From assembly GCA_951406725.2 (NCBI GenBank), contig OX597816.1:930001-994000 (forward strand): a DNA stretch of 64,000 nucleotides, written 5' to 3'. The stretch comes from Octopus vulgaris. Its lineage: Eukaryota. Below, in pieces: positions 53,265 to 64,000 of the stretch. The translations under genes and the position numbers were made by a program. The stretch's first letter is position 1. Each line of letters begins with the position of its first letter. The notes below the pieces were generated by a model. That model was not told where the DNA came from. It saw nothing but the letters and a program-made list of their open reading frames with translations, and made no database searches.

Positions 53265-53532
53265 TGTGGCCGAACTCCTGGGTCTCACGAAGGCAAAGTG
53301 GCTGAGTTCCTTTCGAGTGCTGGGCCTCATGGAGGTGAGGTGGCTGAGTTCCTTTTGAGTGCTGGGCCTCATGGAGGCGAGGTGGCCGAGTTCCTTTTGA
53401 GTGCTGGGCCTCATGGAGGCGAGGTGGCCGAGTTACTTCCAAACAGGTGTCACAGAGGCGAGGTAGCTGAGTTCCTTTCAAGCATTGGGCCTCATGGAGA
53501 GAAAGTGACCGAACTCCCTCCATGTGTTGGCC
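53265..53532. repeat. 42-bp tandem repeat, about 6 copies
   Basis: GGAGGCGAGGTGGCCGAGTTCCTTTTGAGTGCTGGGCCTCAT-like units start at 53331, 53373 and 53415, with degenerate flanking units. Confidence 0.85.
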
Positions 53533-54760
53533 CTTGGGCGTCCACATTTTTTAACCGTTGGTGTCATAGTTGTTTTGTAAAGCTTCGCATTTGTTAGTAG
53601 TCTCTTTAGCAATTTGTGTTGCTTTTTGCATTTGATGATTTTTTTTTGCGTTGTTAAGATGTCATTCATTTTTGGATCTCTAGTTAGTAAAGGAATTGCG
53701 ATGGGAACAAAAGCAGCCCCTGTTCTTGCGAACCTAATAATGGGTTATTTTGAATCCACTTTATATGAAGTATCACTTCAGAAATATGGTTACCCATTTT
53801 ACCTGTACATAAGAGAAAATTGGAAAAGATACCTGGATGACTGTTTTATCATTTGGAAGGAGAACATCGACAAACTTTTGGATTTCAAATCAACACTAAA
53901 TGACATAAATAGTAACATTCAATTCACAATGGAATATAACAAAGAACAACTTCCATTTTTAGACATCATGATAAAAAAAATGTCAACAATCAAATCATAA
54001 CTGATATCTATTATAAACCAACTGATTCAAAACAATATTTCCTCTTTAACTCATGGCACCTGAAATACATCAAAATAAATATCCCTTTCAATTTGGCAAA
54101 AAGGATTTGCACAATAGTGTCTGATAGAACAACTCGGGACCTTCGTCTTCAAGACCTCAAAACAACACTTACTGAAAGACAATATCCACCCTCACTTATC
54201 GATGAGGGAATTAAACGTGCCAAACAATTAGACACAAAAACACTAAGAACAAAAAAACATAACACCATACCTCAAACCAAAACATTACTTTTTATATCAA
54301 CACACAATCCCAGAAACAGTGAGGCATACAACACTATTGTGCAAAATCTTTTACTAACTAGAGATCCAAAAATGAACGACATCCTGAAAACACACAAACT
54401 CATCAAATGCTAAAGGCAACACAAATCGTTAAAGAGACTACTAATAAATGCAAAGCTTTACAAAACAACCATGAAACCAACGGTTGAAAAATGTGGACGC
54501 CCAAGCTGTGGAACCTGCCCCAACCTACTTGAAGGCTCGGATTTCCTTTTCAAACAAGGACAGAGGTTCACAATTAAAACTAGTTTCACCTGTGCCTCTG
54601 AGAACCTAATTTTTCTTTTCTTCTGGACTCTCTCACGTCTCCTGTTTCCAAAGAAGAGCTTTGCTCAAAACATAAAACAACCACTCTTTCCTTCTCTGAG
54701 CGTCTTATCAATACTTTGCATGTACCACATTCTTGCATTGTTGTTTTTTCCTCCATTTTA
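53533..54760 (+). mobile_element. Penelope-like element, 5'-truncated RT and thumb with start of GIY-YIG, plus inverted 5' segment
   Basis: KGIAMGTKAAPVLANLIMGYFE, WKRYLDDCFIIW, IQFTMEY..EQLPFLDI, DIYYKPTDS and CGRPSCGTCP are PLE RT and linker motifs. 53533-53691 is an inverted copy of about 54350-54505. Confidence 0.9.
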
Positions 54761-56000
54761 AAAAAATTAATTATATATACACACACACGTATGGTGCTGG
54801 TGTCTCATTAAAAAGCTCCTCTCCTGGCGTCACATGAAAAACACTCTGTATACGTATACTCAGTAAAATGGGTGGTGTTAGGAAGGGCATCCTACCATGG
54901 AAATGATGCTAAAACAGACCACTAGAGCCGGGTGGAGCGCTCTGCCTGGCCAGTTCCTGTCAAACAACCCTAACCCATGCCAACAAGGAAAAACGGATGT
55001 TAAAGGAGGAGGAGGATGTATATATATGTTATCTTTACCAAAAATAGCTAATGGTATCAGCATTGTGTGTAAAGAAGCTGCCATGCAATCTGGGTTAACT
55101 TGACCTCTATCAAACTTTTATTGACAAGGAAGAACTCTAGAGAGGTGTTGGGGGGGGGGGATAGGTGACTCATTTAGAAATGATTAAATTTGAAACATTA
55201 ACAGCATGCAGCAGAGAAAATGATCAGCGGTAGTAGTAGTAGTAGTAGTAGTAGCAGCACTACTATTACCAGTAGGTAACATGAAATAGGCTACTCAGAC
55301 AAAAACTTTCTCACCCGGGGGGGGGGGGAGGGGTGATAAAGTTTTAAATATAATGATAATGATATGAAGGGAAAAGTTTTTAATATTATATCATGATCTT
55401 TGTTAAGATATATCTATGAAAATGTCACTGGGAGTTTTCTTCATAACCCCTTCCTATACTTGTGATGGTGATGGTCGTGGTGGGGTTTATTGTCAGATAA
55501 GCATTCCCTGTATTTTGATTTTGTTTTCACAGTTTGTGATTGTTGCTGCTATAAAAAGACTTTCAGGAACATTATCCCTTCATCTTTATCTTCTGTAAAA
55601 AGAGATTGTCTTATAGGTTACGAAAAGAAAAAAAGAGAAAAAAAGACGTCTCTGAAGTGGTTTGTTTGGTGCTGTCTGTCCCTCCTCCTCCTCCTCCTCC
55701 TCCTTCTACCTACTTCCTCTCCCTGCCCATCCACCCCTCAGCAACCACCTCATTCATTTTAGTGGATTCTGTTTGAAGAAAGGGATTGGCAGAGGTGTTT
55801 TGGAATAGGTCAGCAGGCTACCACTCTCTTCCACCACCACCACCACCACCACCTTTCACTCCCTTATTATTACATTTTCACTCCCCAATGGTTGCTGCTG
55901 AAGGAACATCCTTCTCTGACTCATGCCTGTTTGTTTGTTTTTATGTGATTGGGTAACTGGCAAACCAGTTGCCCAATCACAAGCAGCCTTTCCCTTGCTC

Positions 56001-56033
<33 letters not shown>

Positions 56034-57491
56034 CAGACAAAAAACAAAGCAACAAACTTAAAAACAAAACCCAAGCCCAATCTCTTATCTCTTATCTCTG
56101 CAAACTCTGCTGTCCTACTAAAACAACTTAGAAGAAGCAGTAGGAGCCATTACTTCCCAAAATATAAATCTGATCTTACACAGATGTTATTTACTGTTTG
56201 GTCTTTTTTTTGTTTTGTATAAAGACTTTTTCTATTTATTTGTTTCAGTCTTTATAGACTGAGGCCATGCTGGGGCACTGCCTTGAAAGGTTTAGTCAAA
56301 CAAATTGACTGTGGCACTTTTTTTTTTTTAAAGTCTGATACTTATTCTGTTAGTCTGTTTTTGTTGAACTGCTAAGTTACAGGGATGTGAACAAACCAGC
56401 GCTGTCAAACATTGAAGAGAGTAGGTGTACACACACATGTATGTCTTACAACAGGTTTTCATCTACCAAATTCATTCACAAGGCACTGGTTGACCTGGGG
56501 CTTTAGTAGGAAATACTTGCCCAAGATGCCATGAAGTGGGACTGAACCTGAAACCATGTGGTTGCAATGCAAGCTTCTTAACCACACACCCATCACTGCA
56601 CCTGAATATATATCTTTTATGTTTTACTCCTTTCAGTCATTAGACTGGAGCCATGCTGGAGCACTGCCTTGAAGAGTTTTTAGTTGAGTTTAGGCAAACA
56701 CACACACACTGGGCTTCTTTCAGTTTCCGTCTACCAAATCCGCTCACAAGGCTTTGGTTGGCCCGAGGCTATAGTAAAAGACATTTACCCAAGGTGGGAC
56801 TGAACCCAGAGTCATGTGGTTGGGAAGCAGGCTTCTTACCACACAGATATATATGTGTGTACCTTTTACTTGTCTCAGTCATTAGGCCACAGCCATACTG
56901 GGGCAGTGCCTTGAACGAATTGACCCCAGGGCTCCTTTCTTTTTTTAAAGCCTGGCACTTATTTTATCAGTTATTTTAACCGAACCACTAAGTTACATGG
57001 ATGTAAACACACCAACACCAGTTGTCTGGTGGTGGTGGACAACGCAGGCACAAAGACACACACATGCGCACACACACTTTGTGTGTGTAAATCATTTGAT
57101 TTGTGTCAACATGATTTGCATCCAATCGCATTATGAACACCCACTGCAAACAATGCAAATAACCACAAAGCTGAAACCTGTGCAGGGAACAAATGGTATA
57201 AACTGCATCTTACGTTTACCACGCATCTTCCTATGTATATATACTATCAGATGGCTTTTAAGCTAGCTCCTGTGGAGGGCTCTTCATTGGGTCTTGGGCT
57301 CAACATCATGCATTGAGTACATATTCAATTTTATTAAACTTGACCAATATTTCTCAAGTAATGAACAGTTTTCATAAAAACATTTATATAATTTGTCAAC
57401 TTGGAACTTATTGCAAAGCTGCAAGATAAACAACATTTTTTGTTTTCCTTATTCAGGGATCAGTACAATTTTTTTTTCTGACTAACCTCTT

Positions 57492-57536
<45 letters not shown>

Positions 57537-57879
57537 TTCTGTTAATTGTTTTCAACCCTCACCACCACAGCTGCCATACATGCACCATTCAGACTTTTGA
57601 TGCCACCACCACTACCTTTGACTTTTCCACCTTCCCATCTTCCACCATCACCAATGTCTTTCACCATTGTCCCTGACTACTTCAGCCCCCACCTCCACCT
57701 CTATCACAGCTACAGCTCATACTTATACTATCACCCCATCACCATCACAACCACCAATCTACAACCATGTCTCTGCCTACTATTACTCTCACCCCAACAT
57801 GAGCAATAGTAGGAGTGTCAATGAATAGTGAGGTGGGGTAGAAGTGTGACACACTGACACACAAATTAGTTTTCACATT

Positions 57880-57920
<41 letters not shown>

Positions 57921-58299
57921 TAGATTGTTGCTATTATGCAAAAGTGTCTGTCATAAGTCCAAAACGTTGCTTTTTCAGAAAATGAAAGAATAGTTTCACC
58001 ATTCCGTTTCTTTTTACATTAGCAACAATTTCAGCTGAACATTAATAGTTTGTTGGGTGCATAAAATTGTAATTCCATGTATGAATGATATTTTCAGTCA
58101 GAAATATTTTTGCAAAACTTTCCTATGTGGGACTTACTACACTTTTTTTAAAAATGCTAAACTGTTGTACAATTTTCATATCTTGGCATCTGAAGCAGCT
58201 GGAGATACGACAGTTTGACCAAAAGAACCACTTATTGCAAACAAAATTAAATATTGAGAAAAAAACGCATTCGGCTAAATTTGGACAACCGACACTTTA

Positions 58300-58668
58300 A
58301 CCGGTGGCACATAAAAACACCATCCGAGCATGGTCGTCTGCCAGCCTTGTCTGGCACCTGTGTCGGTGGCACATAAAAACACCATCCGAGCGTGGCCGTT
58401 CGCCAGCTTCGTCTGGCACCTGTGTCGGTGGCACATAAAAACACCATCCGAGTGTGGCAGTTCGCCAGCCTCGAATGGCACCTGTGTCGGTGGCACATAA
58501 AATCACCCACTACACTCTCGGAGTGGTTGGCGTTAGGAAGGGCATCCAGCTGTAGAAACACTGCCAGATCTGACTGGCCTGGTGCAGCCTTCGGGCTCCC
58601 CAGACCCCAGTTGAACCGTCCAACCCATGCTAGCATGGAAAGCGGACGTTAAATGATGATGATGATGT
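58300..58668 (+). mobile_element. Retroposon with internal 61-bp tandem units and (GAT)n tail
   Basis: Three to four units ggcacctgtgtcggtggcacataaaaacaccatccgag...gccagc, then the common 3' region and ttaaatgatgatgat. Confidence 0.85.
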
Positions 58669-58691
58669 ATGTATATATATATATATATATA

Positions 58692-59320
58692 TCATCATCA
58701 TCATCATCATCGTTTAACGTCCGCTTTCCATGCTAGCATGGGTTGGACGGTTCAACTGGGTCTGGGAAGCGAGGCTGCACCAGGCCAGTCAGATGTGGCA
58801 GTGTTTCTCAGCTGATGCCTCTAGAACCACTCCGGAGTGTAGTGGGTGATTTTATGTGCCACCGACCAGGTCCAGACGAGGCTGGCAGCGCAGCTCGGAT
58901 GGTGTTTTATGTGCCACCGACACAAGGTGCCAGACGAGGCTGGCAGACGGCCACGCTCGGATGGTGTTTTATGTGCCACCGACAGGTGCCAGACGAGCTG
59001 GCCGCCCCCGGATGGTGTTTTATGTGCCACCGACACAGGTGCCAGACGAGGCTGGCAGACGGCCACGCTCGGATGGTGTTTTTTATGTGCCACCGACACA
59101 GGTGCCAGACGAGGCTGGCAGACGGCCACGCTCGGATGGTGTTTTCTTATGTGTCACCGACACAAGTGCTAGACGAGGCTGGCGGACGGCCACGCTCGGA
59201 TGGTGTTTGTTACGTGCCCTCAGCACGGAGGCCAGTCATTGCGGTACTGGCTACGGTCACGTTCGGATGGTTTTCTTATGTGCCACCGGCACTGGTACCA
59301 CAAGGATACAAATTCCATTG
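58692..59320 (-). mobile_element. Second copy of the same retroposon, inverted tail-to-tail, about 7 internal units
   Basis: Reverse complement of 58300-58668 with additional tandem units. Related copies at about 33190-33520 (-) and 60000-60400 (+). Confidence 0.85.
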
Positions 59321-59378
59321 ATGTTCATATATATATATATATAATATATATGTATGTATGTATGTATAATAGCAAGAT

Positions 59379-59634
59379 ACAATGGGTAATTGTCAGCTCA
59401 TTACAGCTGTTTCTTATGTAACTTTTAATAGAAGAATGAGAACTAAATGATGATGATGATGATGATGATGAGAACATTACATCATTATAAGAGACCATAA
59501 TCATGAGATAAGTAATTTCACCAGATAAAAGAATATCTGATGATTACAGTCTTTTAGAATGAAGGAATGGTCTCATTCTTCAATTAAAGCGTTTCGTAGG
59601 AAACAGCTGTAATGCGCTGACAATCATCCATTGT
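59379..59634. repeat. Foldback element with hammerhead-like cores on both arms
   Basis: acaatgggtaattgtcagctcattacagctgtttc... pairs with ...gaaacagctgtaatgcgctgacaatcatccattgt. CTGATGA at 59537 and GAAACAGCTGTA at 59600. Confidence 0.85.
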
Positions 59635-60408
59635 TTGTTATTCTTCATTTGATTATAATACACCGAGGGAATTATGACTTGTCAGACACCCTAGATTATA
59701 CCAACAACATACTTTACGCATAATTTGAACCAGCCCCTTAGGAGCTAAATACTTGTGTGGTTGGTTTTTCTCTGTGTACACAACCGAAATATCCTATCTG
59801 ATATTTTGACTCTCACCAACCATAGGCTGGAACCACAGACATTACCCAACCCTTCCTGGTGCATACCTTTTCGAGTACCTGATTCTGTCGGAATCCTCAG
59901 ATCATGAGAAGACCCGGCAAATAAAGTGAGTTCACAGTTGTAACCTTCACCTGTGTTGCGTAACCAGCCCACTCAAAAAGTACCTTGGTTCGTAGGATGA
60001 CATGCCGTGCTTGAGGAGACCTATTGAGTCAAGTACATCAAAATCAAATCAAATCACAATCAAATGGAAATCGTAGTTGTGATCCCTGTGCCAGTGGTAC
60101 GTAAAAAGCACCACCCGAATGTGACCAATGCCAGCGCTTCTTTGACTGGCTTCTGTGCCAGTGGTACGTAAAAAGCACCACCTGAATGTGACTGAAGCCA
60201 GCCCCCTCTGGCCCCTGTGCCAGTGGCATGTAAAAAAGTACCCACTACACTCTCGGAGTTGTTGGCGTTAGGATGGGCATCCAACTGTAGAAACACTGCC
60301 AGATCAGACTGGAGCCTGGTGCAGCTTCCTGGCTTCCCAGACCCCACTCGAACCGTCCAACCTATGCCAGCATGGAAAACGGATGTTAAACGATGATGAT
60401 ATATATAA

Positions 60409-60441
<33 letters not shown>

Positions 60442-60918
60442 CCAGTTTCAACTATTATCATTAACACAAATAATGACAAACATTAAAGAAATCTATCTTA
60501 GAGATTGTTACAGTAATGATTTCAACTTATATTTCATTAATTAAATAAAATACATCCATTATTGGCAAAATAACACATTTTGATGAGTGCAGAGTCACTA
60601 TAATTAATTGTTTAATCAATCCTAGATCTTCACTGTTAATTATTTTCTCAACCTTAGAACCCCCCCCCCGCCCCGCCCCCGCATGTAATGAAATCCACTT
60701 AAATTCTGTAAAGTATTTCATTTGGCAGTCCATCATTCCACCAGCCTCAATAAAACACAACTTATAATGCTTTATATAAACCCATGCAGATGTTGGAATT
60801 TCCTTTGCAAGCTTTGCATTGTTCTTGTATTGCTGCTCCACAGTTAAATCTACTTGTCTCAAAGCTTTCATGATTGAATCACAGATGTCTTCATAAGCCA
60901 CAATAGTTTTCTTGTTAA

Positions 60919-62206
60919 GCCAGGTCATCTTATAAGTTCTGTCCAAATTTTGAATAAAGAAAACAAGTGATCAAATGTTATATCTAATTGAAATTTAATC
61001 ATCAATGTACTTTTCCTGATTATCTATGACTTCCTTTCATCTATTTAGAAGTTTTTTAATCCCATCAATGTAAAACTCTTTTGGTTTGAAAGCGAAGAAC
61101 TCTGAAATGTCAGTTCCGACCTCCTCCTGGCTTGAGAAAGTTATGTCCCCCAAATGATTCTGTAAACTACGAAACAAATGGTAGTCTGAAGGAGCAAGGT
61201 TGGGAGAATAAGGTGCATGAGGAATTTTTTCCCAACCAAGCTCTTCGATCTTCTGTCATGTGATCTTTGCAGTGTGGGGGTTGCGCATTGTCCTGATGAA
61301 ACATCATTCCTTTTCAATTCACTAAAGCACGTCTTTTTTTCTTCAAAGTTTTGTTCAAACACTATAATTGCTGACAGTAGACTTGAGCATTGATTGTTGC
61401 ATTAGGTGGTAACAATTCAAAGTGAAATACTCTTTTGCCATCCCATCAGACAGAGTGAAGAACTTTTTTCCCATGAAGTTCCCTTCTCAGTTGTGGTTGA
61501 GCTTTTTCCCTTTTACCAAGCCACTGTTTACGGCATTTAACATTTCAATAGAAGATCCATTTTTTTGTCACCAGTCACAAGTCTATCCAAAAGGAGTGAA
61601 ATGAGTTTGTGAGAATGGAGAGAAGAGCAGATGTCAACTCGGGATTTGCGGTTGCTTTCGGACAATTCATGAGGCACCCATTTTCCAAGTTTAGGAACCT
61701 TTCCAAGTTGTTGAAGATGACGATGAACAGTTGTATGGTTTGAACTAAGCTTTATTGCCAATTCTTCAACTGATAATGCAGAATTTTCTTCAAGTAATGC
61801 CTCAAGGAGCTTATCAAACTCAACTGGACGTCCTGTTCAGTCTTCATCTTCAAGGCTGAAATCTCCACTTCTGAATTTTGCAAACCATCTTCTGCAAGTT
61901 CTTTCATTCAAGCATTCTATCCCATAAACTGAGTGTATGTTTCGAGTCATTTCAGCTGCAGAGTTTCCTTTTTTGTACTCATAAAGCATTATGTGCCTCA
62001 AATGCTCTTTGGATACTTCCATGTTAGAAAGAGTTTTAATCAAAGAAATTTTAATTCTATTATTCTGTAAAATAATATTTAATTAGTTTAAATGTACACA
62101 AATGCTTTAGAATATTTAAAAATTCCATTAGACATTCTAAAATACTATTAAATTTCATTCAATTTTGAAAAAGATAAAATCGGACAGAATTTATGGGATG
62201 ACCTGA
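60919..62206 (-). mobile_element. Full-length decayed mariner transposon (about 1.29 kb)
   Basis: TIRs caggtcatcttataagttctgtcc and ggacagaatttatgggatgacctga|TA. Fragments HLRHIMLYEYKKGNSAAE, ERTCRRWFAKFRSGDFSLED, KLGKWVPHELS and DRLVTGDKK. Confidence 0.92.
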
Positions 62207-64000
62207 TAAATTCATTAGTGTTGAGTAGATGAGACAAATCTCTCTTTAAGAAAAGCCTGGTATATTGAATGGAAGGTTTGCAATGAAAATCCCTGCTGCG
62301 GATATGAATTTGTATTTGATGACTAACTGCATCATCCGATTGATGCCATCCATTCTGTCGTTTCACCATTACTTATGTGTAATTAGCTTCTGATAATGAA
62401 ATGGGTATCAATTTTGGGGGATAAAGCCACCAAAAGGTTTGGATTTTAAAATTGAAAATTGTTAGTTTTAGCTTCTGTTGTTAATGGCGAAGAAAAAGGG
62501 CCAAAGCTGCTGAGGAAATGTTTTCTGGTCTTTTTTCAGTCAACCCCATTTCTCTGTTGAATCCTGGCCATCATTGACTTAACCTTTCGTCCCTTCTGTG
62601 TTGATAAATGCTATACCAATGCTGGATGGGGGCCAGTTCTAATAAAACATTTCTCTTCCTCTTTTAAAGTAGACATTGTCTCCAAGAGAATAACAACAAA
62701 AATAATCAAAGGCAGTCAGTTGGCAGAAGAAACAAGTGCATCAGACAGAATGTTTGCAGTATTTCTGACTCTTTACAGTCTGAGTTCAAATCCTGCCTAG
62801 GTCAACTTTGAGAATTATTCTCTCTTGCCTTCATTAACAAGAAATGTCATTTTTTTCTTTTTTCTGAAACCAAGTGTAATTTAAACTAGAAATAATTGTT
62901 TAATTCCCTCCATTTATATTTTCCCAAATTTCAATTAATTTTTGTACCTAACAGTTAACTCACTAAAGTCCCTTCTCTAGAAATGTTTGGCAATCACTTA
63001 GATCTCTTAGTTGCTGACATCTTTGTTTATGAATGACCACTAATTAACATTCATTAGTAACATATTTCATTTACTCTGAAACTCTCAGCGTCATTGAAGT
63101 TCCAGTTTTCTTTCTCCATCTAAACCTCTTCATCCGGCTTTAAGTGGTCCCCAGCCAACAGGTTTCCCAAGCTTTACCTCGTAAAACACTTTCACTCGTA
63201 AAACACTTTCACTCAATCAATCAATTCAACTGTTTTATAAAAATCCAATATCCTGCTTGCTACAGTTCTGTTTGCAGGTTATTTTCACAACAACTATAAT
63301 AATGGTTTTGTTTTGCCACAAGGGCAGCAATTTGGAGGGGGTGGTGAGTCAGTTACATTGACCCCAGTTTTCAACTGGTATTTATTTTATTGACCCCCAA
63401 AGGATGAAAGATAAAGTCAACCTCTGCAGAATTTGAGCTCAGAACATAGCAACGAGCAAAACACCATTTCATCCGACATGCTAACGATTCTGTCAGCTCG
63501 CCACTTTGGGGTGGGGGTGGGGTAGTGGTTTCACAAGATGATGATGATGATGATGATGATAATTCAAAATTTAAAGAGTTTCACTTTTAAACTTTTTATT
63601 GTTTTTTTTTCCCAACCTAATTAAATCAGGTGAGTGATAACAGTGTCACTTCCCATGACAATTGATGGTTGCCACAGCAGCACGCACTTCTTGTCAGACT
63701 GAATTTTAATAAATCTTCTTTACGGTTCAAAAAGTACTTGTCGTAGCATTGTTGTATTCCAGTCAATGGACACCTCTCGGTTAAGATTGTTTTCGGTGAC
63801 ATCTTGTCTGCTCAAATTCTTTTTTTTTTACTTTCTCCTACAATTTTATTTTTGTATTATTTAACTTTATTTTGACAAGTCACTTGTATTGGACATAATG
63901 TGAACAAGTGAACCAGTGGATGTGTTTATATACAGTGTGTGTGTGTGTGTGTTGTTTCTGCATTGTGTATGTTGCATGCTCATGCATGTGTACATGTCAC

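Noticed and set aside
58300-59320. Repeat-spacer-like array or repeat protein (CHRHRCQTRLADGHARMVF)
   Set aside because: The 61-bp units are similar along their whole length and belong to a dispersed retroposon, so the ORFs are by-products.
63620-63640. CAG-GTGAGT splice-like site as a missing parvin exon
   Set aside because: Neither side translates to parvin CH2 C-terminal sequence.

Overview
AT-rich, repeat-dense eukaryotic DNA. The SINE, LINE and microsatellite landscape suggests an octopus or other coleoid cephalopod (inference). The window lies inside one + strand spliced gene, a parvin (tandem calponin-homology focal-adhesion adaptor). I assembled 11 phase-compatible GT-AG coding exons between 1 and 28213, plus a candidate 18-nt alternative microexon. 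The start codon lies upstream of the window and I could not find the last two expected exons, implying an intron of over 35 kb. The introns hold a decayed L1/Tx1-like LINE, RTE- and CR1-type LINE fragments, Penelope-like element pieces, mariner transposons (one nested in another), piggyBac-type MITEs, several SINE families, a 1.4 kb 28/30-bp minisatellite and many microsatellites. The most unusual signal is three unrelated 170-260 bp foldback elements, each with divergent minimal hammerhead-ribozyme-like cores on both strands, plus further hammerhead motifs in Penelope-type sequence. Repeat coordinates are approximate unless TSDs or TIRs are quoted.
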